Shown piece after piece: positions 7,913-18,004 of a DNA stretch of 64,000 bases; positions within the stretch are counted from its first letter, which is position 1, and each line of letters begins with the position of its first letter. Made by a program: the position numbers and the translations under genes. Source of the DNA: an uncultured Prevotella sp. (lineage in GTDB: Bacteria > Bacteroidota > Bacteroidia > Bacteroidales > Bacteroidaceae); contig CAJMAO010000001.1 of NCBI GenBank assembly GCA_905211345.1, forward strand, positions 23,622 to 87,621, read 5' to 3'. The notes below the pieces were generated by a model. That model was not told where the DNA came from. It did no database searches and saw only the letters and a program-made list of their open reading frames with translations.

Positions 7913-10468
7913 TTAAATCCACCTTACGTAGCAGAAGTCCTGACGGTGAGGCAGGTTCTCATTCTTAGGATACATTCTTATGCCTGTCTTGTAAGTACCG
8001 GCCTCCGAGGCTTCAATGATAGCTTCAAATGTATATAGGTTACCTTCATGGCCTACCATCTTGAATGGGAACACGTTGGATATCCTTTCCTCGCCGTTCT
8101 TGTCTGTCGTAACAGACACGAACTCAAGACCTACCGCATCATTAAGCCCCTGTTCGTCGATAACGACTCTTATCTTGTATTCTACTCCGGTCTCCATTCC
8201 TGTTGAAGGCATAGTTCCCTCTTTCGACACAATTGATATTGAATCCCAACGTTCAGCGACTGTTTCCTTCCACTGGGCAATGTCTTTCGCAAGCCTGTTG
8301 TCGTTGGCTGCTAGCTTCTTAAAGCGTGCAGCCTCCTTAACGTAGAACTTACTATAATAATCGTCAAGCTGGCGTTTCATCGTATAATGAGGAGCGATTG
8401 TTGCGATAGAGTTCTTGATTACCTTTATCCAGCCTTCGCTATACCCCTTCTCGTTCTTATTATAATACAGGGGGATAATCTCATTTTCAAGCAAACCATA
8501 TATCGTGGCGGCGTCCAACTGGTCTTGATAGCCTTGGTTCTTGTAAGTACGTTTCTCGGTCAAAGCCCAGCCTGCGCCTTCACGGTAGCCTTCAAGCCAC
8601 CAGCCGTCAAGCACCGACAAGTTGACAACCCCGTTCATCTCAGCCTTCTCGCCTGACGTGCCTGAAGCCTCAAGAGGACGTGTTGGAGTGTTCATCCAAA
8701 TGTCAACGCCGGAAACGAGGCGGCGCGCAAGCTGCATGTCGTAGTCCTCGAGGAAGATAATCTTGCCAAGGAACTCGGGACGCTGGCTTATCTCAAATAT
8801 CTTCTTTATAAGCCCTTGACCCGCTCCGTCGGCAGGATGAGCCTTGCCTGCGAACAGGAACTGTACCGGATGCTCCGGGTCGTTGACAATCTTAGAAAGG
8901 CGTTCAAGATCGGTAAACAGCAGGTGCGCACGCTTATACGTTGCAAAACGGCGGCAGAAACCTATCATCAACGCATTGGGGTTGATTTTCTCGAGCAGTG
9001 ACACTACACGCGCAGGGTCGCCTTGGTTCTTGAGCCATGTTTCACGGAACTTGTCACGTATATAATCTGTCAGTTTTTTCTTCAACGTCATTCGAGTATT
9101 CCAAATCACGTCGTCGGGCACATCATAAATGGCATGCCATATCTTTTCGTTACTCTGATCCGCCATGAACGATTTGTCGAAATACTGCGCGTAGAGCTTG
9201 CGCCATTCGGTAGCGGCCCATGTCGGGAAGTGCACACCGTTGGTGACATAGCCTACATGGTTCTCCTCGGGATAGTAACCTTTCCAGATGCTTGAGAACA
9301 TTTTCTGGCTGACCCATCCGTGCAGCTTGCTCACGCCGTTGACTTCCTGACAGGTATTGCACGCAAACGTTGACATGCAGAACTTCTCGCTGTGGTCGTC
9401 AGGGTTTGTGCGACCCATGCCGATGAACTCATCCCATGTGATGCCGAGTATGGAAGGATAACCTCCCATATACTTGCCAAAGAGACCTTCGTCGAAATAA
9501 TCGTGACCGGCGGGAACCGGCGTATGCACCGTGTAGAGCGAAGACGCGCGCACAAGCTCAAGAGCTTGGTTGAACGTAAGCCCGCCCTGAACGTAGTCGC
9601 ACAGGCGCTCAAGATTGCAGAGGGCGGCGTGCCCTTCGTTGCAATGGTATATGTCTTTCTTTATTCCGAGCTTCTTCAGCATGAGCATACCGCCGATACC
9701 GAGCAGGATTTCCTGTTTCAGGCGGTTCTCCCAGTCGCCACCGTAAAGTGAGTGTGTTATCGGCTTGTCAAAATCCGAATTCATCTCATTGTCGGTATCG
9801 AGCAAGTACAGCTTGATACGGCCTACGTTGACGCGCCATACATAGGCGTGAACCTGATAGTTCATATAAGGAACGTCTACGACAAGGGGGTTACCCTCAG
9901 CGTCGAGTTGCCGCTCGATAGGCAGCGAATTAAAGTTTTGAGCCTCATAGTTGGCTATCTGCTGGCCGTCCATGCTGAGCGACTGCTTGAAATATCCGTA
10001 ACGGTAAAGGAAACCTACACCGCACATGTCTACGTTACTGTCTGACGCTTCCTTGAGATAGTCGCCGGCCAACATGCCCAGACCGCCTGAATATATCTTC
10101 AGCACTTGGTTGATACCATACTCCATACTGAAATAAGCCACCGACGGGCGCTTCTTGTCAGGCTTTACGTCCATGTATTTGCGGAACTGCGAATACACGT
10201 CTTTCACCTGTTTCATTATTGCCTTGTCACGCACGATTTCTTCCTTGCGGTCGTAGCTGAGACGCTCAAGCAGCAGCACCGGACTGTGGCCCACTTCCTC
10301 GTAAAGTTTTTCGTCGAGGCTGCGCCACAAGTCTCTTGCCTCGTAATTCCAAGCCCACCACATATTGTGAGCAAGCTCGTCCAAGCATTTCAGCTGCTCG
10401 GGCAGCCTTGATTTCACTGTCAGCTCCTTCCACTGGGGAGCGTTTACATAATCAGCTTTAATCTTCAT
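7913..10468 (-). CDS. glgP: Alpha-glucan (glycogen) phosphorylase
   Basis: [25 protein letters not shown]-lysine motif; 851 aa. Confidence 0.95.
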   Translation of the reverse strand: MKIKADYVNAPQWKELTVKSRLPEQLKCLDELAHNMWWAWNYEARDLWRSLDEKLYEEVGHSPVLLLERLSYDRKEEIVRDKAIMKQVKDVYSQFRKYMDVKPDKKRPSVAYFSMEYGINQVLKIYSGGLGMLAGDYLKEASDSNVDMCGVGFLYRYGYFKQSLSMDGQQIANYEAQNFNSLPIERQLDAEGNPLVVDVPYMNYQVHAYVWRVNVGRIKLYLLDTDNEMNSDFDKPITHSLYGGDWENRLKQEILLGIGGMLMLKKLGIKKDIYHCNEGHAALCNLERLCDYVQGGLTFNQALELVRASSLYTVHTPVPAGHDYFDEGLFGKYMGGYPSILGITWDEFIGMGRTNPDDHSEKFCMSTFACNTCQEVNGVSKLHGWVSQKMFSSIWKGYYPEENHVGYVTNGVHFPTWAATEWRKLYAQYFDKSFMADQSNEKIWHAIYDVPDDVIWNTRMTLKKKLTDYIRDKFRETWLKNQGDPARVVSLLEKINPNALMIGFCRRFATYKRAHLLFTDLERLSKIVNDPEHPVQFLFAGKAHPADGAGQGLIKKIFEISQRPEFLGKIIFLEDYDMQLARRLVSGVDIWMNTPTRPLEASGTSGEKAEMNGVVNLSVLDGWWLEGYREGAGWALTEKRTYKNQGYQDQLDAATIYGLLENEIIPLYYNKNEKGYSEGWIKVIKNSIATIAPHYTMKRQLDDYYSKFYVKEAARFKKLAANDNRLAKDIAQWKETVAERWDSISIVSKEGTMPSTGMETGVEYKIRVVIDEQGLNDAVGLEFVSVTTDKNGEERISNVFPFKMVGHEGNLYTFEAIIEASEAGTYKTGIRMYPKNENLPHRQDFCYVRWI

Positions 10469-10511
10469 AATTTATTTTAAGTTCAAATAATACACTTATT
10501 TTTAATTAAAA

Positions 10512-10590
10512 ATTAAGAGTTAAGAACCAAGAAACATGCGTTTGCCTGTTTTATCCGCAAGATCGCTTTTCTTGATTCTTAACTCTTAAT
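10512..10590. repeat. Heptamer-built intergenic inverted repeat
   Basis: ATTAAGAGTTAAGAA / TTCTTAACTCTTAAT arms; related copy at 56682-56753. Confidence 0.75.
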
Positions 10591-10592
10591 CC

Positions 10593-12251
10593 TTAACTTT
10601 TCCGTTCTTCCGCCTTTCTCAGCGCAAAGTCATAGGCTTCATAATAATACTTGACGAAGTTGCTCCACAGCGCCTTTTTCGACAGCCTGTCGGCATTCTC
10701 GCGCGAGCGTTTCACTTCCGTCGGCGTAAAGTTGGAGTATTCAGCCACTGTATCCTTTATCTTATCGGCCACCTCCGAATAGTTATAATCAGTGCGGTGT
10801 ATCACCTTCACGCCGTCTTTAATCTCGCCGTAACGGCCTATCACCGAGTTGGCCCACAAGCCGAAGCCGGCCAAGTCAGACGTTATGCACGGCACCCTGA
10901 AAGCAACCGCTTCGAGCGGGGTGTACCCCCACGGCTCGTAATACGAAGGATATATGCACAGGTCGTTGCCCAACACGAGGTCATAATATTTCATGTTAAA
11001 CACGCCGTCGTTGCCGTTAAGGTAGCAAGGCAGGAATATCAGCTTCACGTTGTCATCCTTGCGGTTCTGCATGTCGAGATATTTCAGCATGTCGAGCACG
11101 TTGTCATGGCTCATGTTATGCAGCCAGTGAGTCAGCATGGGCACGTGCAGCGGCGTATCGCAACGCTTCCCTGCTTTCAGGCGGTCAACCAAATCCTGCC
11201 GTGGCTCACCCACCCATCCGGGCACGTCGATAAACGCCAGCACCTTCTTCTTCAGGCGGTTGTCGCGCAAAAGGCGGTTCATGGCCTCGATATACACGTC
11301 TACCCCCTTGTTCCTGAACTCGTAACGCCCGCTCGTAGACACCACAAGCGTGTCGCTGTCGGCGAAATCCACACCAAGCAAAGCGTTGGCCACCTCGAAC
11401 ATACGCTTTCGCGCGAGATGGCGCTTGCGGGTGAACTGCGCGCCCTTTGGCACAAAGTCGTTCTCGAAACCGTTAGGCAACACGAAATCCACGGGCTTGT
11501 CCAGCAACTCCTTACATTCATTGGCTGTTATCTCGCTGACCGTAGTGAAACAGTCAACATACTTTGCCGTCTGCTTCTCTACGGAGTGCTTGCTCTGCAT
11601 GTTCAGCTCTACCGCCATCTGGTCGCCGTTGTAAGCGAACAGATAGTCGTACAAAGGCTTGTTGTTGCCGGCAATGCTGCGCCCTATGCTCGTGGCGTGC
11701 GTGGTGAACAGCGTAGCCGCCTCAGGCAGCTTCGCGTTGACGTAAAGCAACCCGAGGCCCGTCATCCACTCGTTGCCGTGGTATATAACCTTCTTCGACG
11801 CGTCAAGATAAAAACGATAAAAGCTCTCTACCACCTTGGCCGCGCCCAGCGAGAACATTGACGCCTCGTCGTAGTCGCCGTAAGCATGCAGGCTGTCAAC
11901 GCCGTAATGCTCCCACAGCCAAGCGTACACATCGTTCTTTTCCTCGTAATAACGGTTAAAGTCAACCAATACCGCCACAGGCTCGCCCGGCACCTGCCAG
12001 CGGCCTACGCGCAGCCCAAGGCCCTCGGCCGCGGCCTGCGCCTTCCACTCCTTGAATAGTGTGTGGTCTTCTTTGAAATACAAGTCATTGGCCTCTGCCA
12101 AATCAGGGCCTATGAATATTATTCTATCATTTAAAACGTCCTGCAATGTCTTTGCCCGTGTTGAAAGGACCGTATATATGCCTCCAACCTTATTGCAGAC
12201 TTCCCAACTCGACTCAAACACATAGTCGGGAAACAATAATCCTGTTGCCAT
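10593..12251 (-). CDS. Glycogen synthase, GT3 family
   Basis: WEVCNKVGGIYTV, GRYEFRNKG, PSYYEPWGYTPLE motifs. Confidence 0.93.
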   Translation of the reverse strand: MATGLLFPDYVFESSWEVCNKVGGIYTVLSTRAKTLQDVLNDRIIFIGPDLAEANDLYFKEDHTLFKEWKAQAAAEGLGLRVGRWQVPGEPVAVLVDFNRYYEEKNDVYAWLWEHYGVDSLHAYGDYDEASMFSLGAAKVVESFYRFYLDASKKVIYHGNEWMTGLGLLYVNAKLPEAATLFTTHATSIGRSIAGNNKPLYDYLFAYNGDQMAVELNMQSKHSVEKQTAKYVDCFTTVSEITANECKELLDKPVDFVLPNGFENDFVPKGAQFTRKRHLARKRMFEVANALLGVDFADSDTLVVSTSGRYEFRNKGVDVYIEAMNRLLRDNRLKKKVLAFIDVPGWVGEPRQDLVDRLKAGKRCDTPLHVPMLTHWLHNMSHDNVLDMLKYLDMQNRKDDNVKLIFLPCYLNGNDGVFNMKYYDLVLGNDLCIYPSYYEPWGYTPLEAVAFRVPCITSDLAGFGLWANSVIGRYGEIKDGVKVIHRTDYNYSEVADKIKDTVAEYSNFTPTEVKRSRENADRLSKKALWSNFVKYYYEAYDFALRKAEERKS

Positions 12252-12846
12252 CAGTTCCTAAATAGATACTAAAAAAACGGTGCAAAGATAAAGAATTTTC
12301 ATACAAAAACACCCCTTAAACCGCATAAAAATTCATAAACGCACGCATTTCTTGACATAAACAAAGAGACTGAAGTTCACACCGTTGCGCCACGATTGAA
12401 AGCCAAACAGAGCGTATCGTTCGCAAAATGTCAATTCAAGAATGTCCGCCGAAAATACAAAACCGAAAAAACGTATCGCCGACAGGCTGTCCGTTTCTTC
12501 TCTATTATTGGTCAATATCACCATACGTCCATACCGGCGAAACGGTAAAAAGCGGTTTTTCACTGTCATTTATGCCATGGAAAGCATGCTGGAAGACCGT
12601 CAATGACACTCTCAAACACGGCCTTTTACACCGCAAAAGGCCACATTCCGCATAAAAAGCGGCACCCGATGCCGCACAAATAACCCATTACCCGTAATAA
12701 CATTCACGCCAACAAGCACTTACGTATGCACACGATTTTCAAGCATATTTCACGCAACCATGCTAAAAATTCCGGCCGGCGGCCTTCTCGCGGCACCAAG
12801 CAAAATCAATGTGTAAGCGCACAGGCCGTTATCACGGCAAAATGCC

Positions 12847-12960
12847 ACAAAGCCGATTGCGGCATACAAGCGTTGTGCGGATTTGTAGTCCGACGGAACA
12901 AGACGAAACCGGCCATTGTGCAATAAACATTAAAAATTGACATCAAACATAATTTTTTGC
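12847..12960 (+). repeat. 114-bp direct repeat, left copy (contains a REP)
   Basis: Identical by eye to 13771-13884. Confidence 0.9.
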
Positions 12961-12965
12961 CACCG

Positions 12966-13017
12966 TTGTGTCGGATTTGAAATCCGACACAACATAGGCG
13001 CGGATTTGTAATCCGCA
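12966..13017. repeat. REP palindromes (GTCGGATTTGAAATCCGAC, GCGGATTTGTAATCCGC)
   Basis: Short hairpins flanking the RAYT; further copies near 12877, 13721, 13749, 13801. Confidence 0.8.
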
Positions 13018-13089
13018 CAAAATATCGTATAAATACTGCCATATATACAAAAAACATATTACCTTTGATTACACAATAACAATAACAAA

Positions 13090-13638
13090 ATGAATTCAAC
13101 TACATTCATAACAGGCGAGATGTATTTTATAACAACCACTGTTGTTGATTGGATTGACATCTTCACCCGTCCCAAATACAAACAAATGATAATTCAATCA
13201 TTAGCCTATTGCCAACAACAAAAGGGGCTACAAATATATGCATGGGTACTCATGAGCAACCACCTACACGCCATTGTCAGCACAAAAAACGAACACCCTG
13301 TGGCCGACATCATGCGTGATTTCAAAAAATTCACAAGCAAACAAATACTTAACGAACTGAAAAACGACACACAAGAAAGCCGACGCGAATGGATGCTCAA
13401 CCGATTTCATTTTGCAGGAAACAACGACAAGAAAATAAAAATATTCCGCTTATGGCAAAACGGATACTACCCTGAAATTATCAATTCATATAAATTCTTC
13501 AAACAAAAATTAGATTACATACACAACAACCCAGTGCGACAAGAAATCGTGTCACGTCCTGAAGAATATCTTTACAGTTCGGCTGTTGATTATACCGGAG
13601 ATAAAGGACTGCTTGATATAGATATATTACGGATGTAA
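13090..13638 (+). CDS. REP-associated tyrosine (Y1/HUH) transposase
   Basis: YFITTTVVDW, MSNHLH (HUH), LWQ, YIHNNPV, YSSA motifs; REPs on both sides. Confidence 0.9.
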   Translation: MNSTTFITGEMYFITTTVVDWIDIFTRPKYKQMIIQSLAYCQQQKGLQIYAWVLMSNHLHAIVSTKNEHPVADIMRDFKKFTSKQILNELKNDTQESRREWMLNRFHFAGNNDKKIKIFRLWQNGYYPEIINSYKFFKQKLDYIHNNPVRQEIVSRPEEYLYSSAVDYTGDKGLLDIDILRM

Positions 13639-13770
13639 ATCTCGTAGCGTATTGCCGACCGTTTTAATATACGACACAACCTAGGCGCAAAATTGCAATC
13701 TGCACCAAATGGCTGGCGGAGCGGATTGCAAATCCGCAATTACATTCCGTCGGATTGCAAATCCAACGGA

Positions 13771-13884
13771 ACAAAGCCGATTGCGGCATACAAGCGTTGT
13801 GCGGATTTGTAGTCCGACGGAACAAGACGAAACCGGCCATTGTGCAATAAACATTAAAAATTGACATCAAACATAATTTTTTGC
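13771..13884 (+). repeat. 114-bp direct repeat, right copy
   Basis: Identical by eye to 12847-12960. Confidence 0.9.
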
Positions 13885-13969
13885 CCCTAGAATCATTGTT
13901 CTTTGAAACTTTTACCGTAAATTTGCACGGTTGAATAAACTACACAATCTATTTAAAACAAAAGTAATC

Positions 13970-14350
13970 ATGAAAAGAAAGGCTTTATGTGCCTTCCTGT
14001 TAGCAGGGCTTTCAGGAAGCGTTGCCTTTGCGGACACGGAACAGACTGTGTACGTAAACGGCGGCAATCCATTCAGCAATTTCGTCACAGAGCTGACATT
14101 CAGCGGCAACGACGTCAGAATGACACTCGACGACCAGACAACGCAGACGTTCAGCATGGTTGACGACGAAATCTCTATCGAACTGACCTACAACGATGAC
14201 ACACCGACGGGCATCACCGAGGTTGAGACGGCGGACGAGGTACGCGACAACCGAGTTTACACCATCAGCGGACAATACGTAGGCACGTCGCTCGACAACC
14301 TGCAGAAAGGCATTTACATCGTTAACGGAAAGAAAGTAATCAAAAAGTAA
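13970..14350 (+). CDS. Small secreted protein with T9SS-type C-terminal domain
   Basis: Signal peptide; TGITEV...VYTISGQ...KGIYIVNGKKVIKK; TAAATTTG box at 13918-13925. Confidence 0.75.
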   Translation: MKRKALCAFLLAGLSGSVAFADTEQTVYVNGGNPFSNFVTELTFSGNDVRMTLDDQTTQTFSMVDDEISIELTYNDDTPTGITEVETADEVRDNRVYTISGQYVGTSLDNLQKGIYIVNGKKVIKK

Positions 14351-14359
14351 ACACGCGCC

Positions 14360-17194
14360 ATGAAAAAGATTAACACCTTATTATATACGTTGCTCGCAGC
14401 CGTTATGACGCTGGCGGCAACAGGCGCAAACGCGCAAAGCTGGAACTTCACAAGTTCGTCGAGCGACGAGGCAAACCTCAAGGCCGACGCAGCCAACTGG
14501 ACGTATGATGCCAAAAACGCACGTTACAGCAACGTCAACCCCATCAACGGCCCGCTGACCGCCAACGGACAGACGCTGGCATTCGCCGACGGACTGACAT
14601 TCAACATAACGTCGGCCGACGGACTGCGCATAGACATCGACAAGCGAATAAGTCTGAACAATGCCAACGGCACGATAACCATACCCGGCCTGACGGCAGG
14701 ACAAGTGGTGACGGTCGTGGCTACCAGCAGTAACAATACCGCAGGCAAAGGTGAGCGCAGCATAACGGCAACCAACCTGACCGGCACGACAAACTTCGGC
14801 GACAAGCTGCTCGGCGACGAGAACCATACATATACGGGAACCGTTGAAAACGACGGCGACGTGGTGATAACCAACCCCGACGGCGGTTTCTACTTCTTCA
14901 GCATCAAGGTGCAGGGACAGGGTGAAGTTACCCCCCCTACTCCCGATTACAACGATGTTGCGCTTAACACGGCGAAAAACCAGATGCGACTGACGCTCGG
15001 CAGCGAAATCAAGTATTACAACACCGACGACGTGAAAGTGGCCTTCGACCGCACGGCAGGCACAGTTACCGTAACGCCCAACGCCGGCACATGGCAGGAC
15101 GTTTACACCAAGACCGTCAGCAAGATTGACTTCGCAGCGGCAACAGAAGACACCCCGAGCGGAGACGTAACCGAGGGTGAAGTCAAGATAACCGCTTACG
15201 ACGGATGGAACGAGGCTGCATACGTTGAATGGGAACTGCTTGACGGTGCTTCATCGTATGCCGTTTATGCAAAAGGCGGCTCAATAGGCAGCGAATACAA
15301 GAAAATCGACTATCAGCTCGTGCGCAATTACGGCAGCTACGGCCGTGCCGACGTGCTCGGTCTCAGCGCAGGCACATACTCAATAAAGGTTGTGCCCGTA
15401 ATCAACGATGCCGAAGACGATAGCAAGGCAAGCTCTGTTGACAATATCGAAGTAATCGGCCACGACCGCATAGGCTTTGCCTTCGCTAACGACAAAGCTC
15501 CCGGAGCATACAATATGGACGGGACGCTGAAGAGCAACGCTGTGGTAATCTATATTACCAACAGCAACAAGGACAATGTAAGCCTTGACATCGTAACAAG
15601 CAGCAAAGGCTCAACAACAAAAAGCACAGGTTTCCAAACCATTCTTAACAGTATAAAGAAAGGTTACGACAACAGAGTCTTTGTATTCCGCCTTATAGGA
15701 AATGTTGACGTTCCTGGTGATGCAGACAAAGGCGACATCTGTGTAGATATGGGTGGTAAAACGACATGCCCCGGCATAACAATTGAAGGCGTTGGTAAAG
15801 ATGCTGTAGCTAACGGCTGGGGCATACGTGTGAAAAATGCGACTTCTGTTGAGATACGCAACCTTGCGTTTATGAACTGCCACAGCGATGAAGGCGACAA
15901 TATCGGTTTGCAACAGGGGAATAACTATGTATGGGTACACCATTGCGACATGTTCTACGGTGATGCCGGCAGCGACGCTGACCAGGTAAAAGGCGACGGA
16001 GCATTGGACTGCAAGAAGTCAAACTACGTAACATTCTCATACAACCGTTTTTGGGACAGCGGCAAGGCTTGCTTGCTTGGTCTGAGCGGAGAGAACGACA
16101 AAATGTATGTAACATATCACCACAACTGGTTTGACCACTCTGACAGCCGCCACCCGAGAATAAGGTCGTATTCAGTACACGTCTATAATAACTATTTTGA
16201 CGGCTGTGCAAAATACGGAGTTGGTGCTTGCGAGGCTTCAAGCGTTTTCGTTGAGAACAACTATTTCCGTGGCACAAACAGACCGATGATGATTTCAATG
16301 CAAGGCACAGACATTGCCAGTGGCGATGGCACATTCTCAAGCGAAGACGGCGGTATGATAAAATCTTACGGCAACGCTTTCGCCGATAAAACAAGCAACT
16401 TCAAATATGTAACTTATCAGGAAGACAACGTAGAGTTTGATGCCTACGAAGCAACATCACGCGACGAGCAAGTGCCAAGCAGTGTGAAAACAAAACAAGG
16501 CGGCACAAGCTACAATAACTTCGACACTGACCCCAGCATCATGTATGAATATACGCCTGACGAAGCAAACGAAGTTGTAGCTGTGGTTACAGGCAAGTAT
16601 GGCGCAGGCCGCTTGCAGCACGGCGACTTCCAGTGGTCGTTCGACAACGCCACAGAAGACCACAACTATGATGTGATACCCGAATTGAAGTCTGCTGTAA
16701 CCAACTATAAGACTACGCTCAAAGGTATCTTCGACGGCGAGAACGACGAGACTGAAACTACCGAACCCGGCGGTGGTGAAGGCGGCGAACAAGGCGGCAC
16801 TGAACCCGGCGGCGATGAAGGTGGCGAGCAAGGCGGTGGCGACACTCCTGTTATCGAAGGCACTGTAACTTGCAGCTTTAGCAAGGACGGGCCGTCAAGC
16901 AATGTGTTCTCGATTGTAGGCAATTATTCAGACAGTAAAGGTTCGATGACCATTAACGGCACAACATACACATGGTGCCTGAAAATGGAATCAGCAACAA
17001 GCATCACCTTCACTATCGACAAGCCTATGACGCTTAACCTCTATCTTGACGGCAAATGCACAGCCAAGATCGACGGCGAGAAAAACACCGGCAGCAACGG
17101 AGTAATAAGCGTACAACTTGCGGCAGGCTCACATGAGATAACAAAGCAAGACTCTTGCAACCTGTTCCTGATTGAGCTTGTGCCCATTGAATAA
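14360..17194 (+). CDS. Multidomain pectate lyase (PL1)
   Basis: Signal peptide; EIRNL, VWVHHCD, DGALD, TYHHNWF, SRHPRIR, HVYNNYF motifs; 39-bp linker duplication at 16760-16837. Confidence 0.88.
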   Translation: MKKINTLLYTLLAAVMTLAATGANAQSWNFTSSSSDEANLKADAANWTYDAKNARYSNVNPINGPLTANGQTLAFADGLTFNITSADGLRIDIDKRISLNNANGTITIPGLTAGQVVTVVATSSNNTAGKGERSITATNLTGTTNFGDKLLGDENHTYTGTVENDGDVVITNPDGGFYFFSIKVQGQGEVTPPTPDYNDVALNTAKNQMRLTLGSEIKYYNTDDVKVAFDRTAGTVTVTPNAGTWQDVYTKTVSKIDFAAATEDTPSGDVTEGEVKITAYDGWNEAAYVEWELLDGASSYAVYAKGGSIGSEYKKIDYQLVRNYGSYGRADVLGLSAGTYSIKVVPVINDAEDDSKASSVDNIEVIGHDRIGFAFANDKAPGAYNMDGTLKSNAVVIYITNSNKDNVSLDIVTSSKGSTTKSTGFQTILNSIKKGYDNRVFVFRLIGNVDVPGDADKGDICVDMGGKTTCPGITIEGVGKDAVANGWGIRVKNATSVEIRNLAFMNCHSDEGDNIGLQQGNNYVWVHHCDMFYGDAGSDADQVKGDGALDCKKSNYVTFSYNRFWDSGKACLLGLSGENDKMYVTYHHNWFDHSDSRHPRIRSYSVHVYNNYFDGCAKYGVGACEASSVFVENNYFRGTNRPMMISMQGTDIASGDGTFSSEDGGMIKSYGNAFADKTSNFKYVTYQEDNVEFDAYEATSRDEQVPSSVKTKQGGTSYNNFDTDPSIMYEYTPDEANEVVAVVTGKYGAGRLQHGDFQWSFDNATEDHNYDVIPELKSAVTNYKTTLKGIFDGENDETETTEPGGGEGGEQGGTEPGGDEGGEQGGGDTPVIEGTVTCSFSKDGPSSNVFSIVGNYSDSKGSMTINGTTYTWCLKMESATSITFTIDKPMTLNLYLDGKCTAKIDGEKNTGSNGVISVQLAAGSHEITKQDSCNLFLIELVPIE

Positions 17195-17217
17195 ACCTGA
17201 CACTCAATAATAATATA

Positions 17218-17247
17218 AGCGGCGCGTATTGATACGCGCCGCTTTTG
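17218..17247 (+). terminator. Intrinsic terminator
   Basis: AGCGGCGCGTAT/ATACGCGCCGCT stem followed by T run. Confidence 0.75.
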
Positions 17248-17464
17248 GTATGGTAACTTAAACAATATAAGTAAAAAACATTTCATATAAAAAGTTCTTT
17301 TTGAACTCAAATCTAAGGTAACTGCGTGATTCATAGAGCCTTTTACACTTCAAATTAGCAAAAAAAGGAAAATATATTTCCGTTTCACGGCAAAAACCAC
17401 TATATTTGCAAGCTCAAAAGTGAGAAGCTGTAAAGAAAGAACTGTAATTACACAATAATATAAT

Positions 17465-17746
17465 ATGACTAAAGCAGATATTATCGAGGACATAGTAATG
17501 TCGACGGGCATTGCGAAGAAAGACGTCTCGGCCACGGTGGAGGCGTTTATGGCCATTATCAAAGACAGCCTGCTCGAAAAAAGGGAGAACGTGTACCTAC
17601 GCGGCTTCGGCAGCTTCGTTGTGAAACACAGGGCGAAGAAAACGGCCCGCAACATCTCTAAGAACACAACTATCGAGATAGCAGCACACGACTTTCCGAG
17701 TTTCAAGCCGGCAAAGAGCTTTGTGGCCAAGATGAAGGGCGAATAA
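17465..17746 (+). CDS. HU/IHF family DNA-binding protein
   Basis: MTKADI, VYLRGFGSF, ARNISK, PSFKPAK. Confidence 0.93.
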   Translation: MTKADIIEDIVMSTGIAKKDVSATVEAFMAIIKDSLLEKRENVYLRGFGSFVVKHRAKKTARNISKNTTIEIAAHDFPSFKPAKSFVAKMKGE

Positions 17747-17794
17747 AGACGTATAATCAAACTATATTAAATAACAACTTTAAAACTTATAATT

Positions 17795-17884
17795 ATGCCA
17801 AACGGTAAAAAGAAAAAGGGCCACAAGATGGCTACGCACAAGCGTAAAAAAAGATTAAGAAAGAACAGGCATAAGAGCAAGTAA
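17795..17884 (+). CDS. 29-aa basic peptide, bS22-like ribosomal protein
   Basis: MPNGKKKKGHKMATHKRKKRLRKNRHKSK translated by hand; AT-rich start context. Confidence 0.75.
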   Translation: MPNGKKKKGHKMATHKRKKRLRKNRHKSK

Positions 17885-18004
17885 GCCGGCGCGCACTGCG
17901 TGGGCTTGCAAGCCTGTAACTTTTACGGGGAATGTCGGCAAACTTGCGAGAAGCTGAAGCCGGCATTTCTCTCGCTTTGACAAACTAAGTTGAAACAATC
18001 GGAA

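Noticed and set aside
10797..11861. 354-aa plus-strand ORF and similar long shadow ORFs (e.g. 39539-40369, 53115-53714)
   Set aside because: Antisense shadows of well-supported genes.
12333..13099. Short ORFs in the intergenic region before the RAYT
   Set aside because: Overlap repeat tracts and REPs; similarity to 13664-13870 is just the 114-bp duplication.
12847..13884. Possible CRISPR array from repeated palindromes
   Set aside because: Irregular spacing, variable repeats, no cas genes; explained as REPs around a RAYT.
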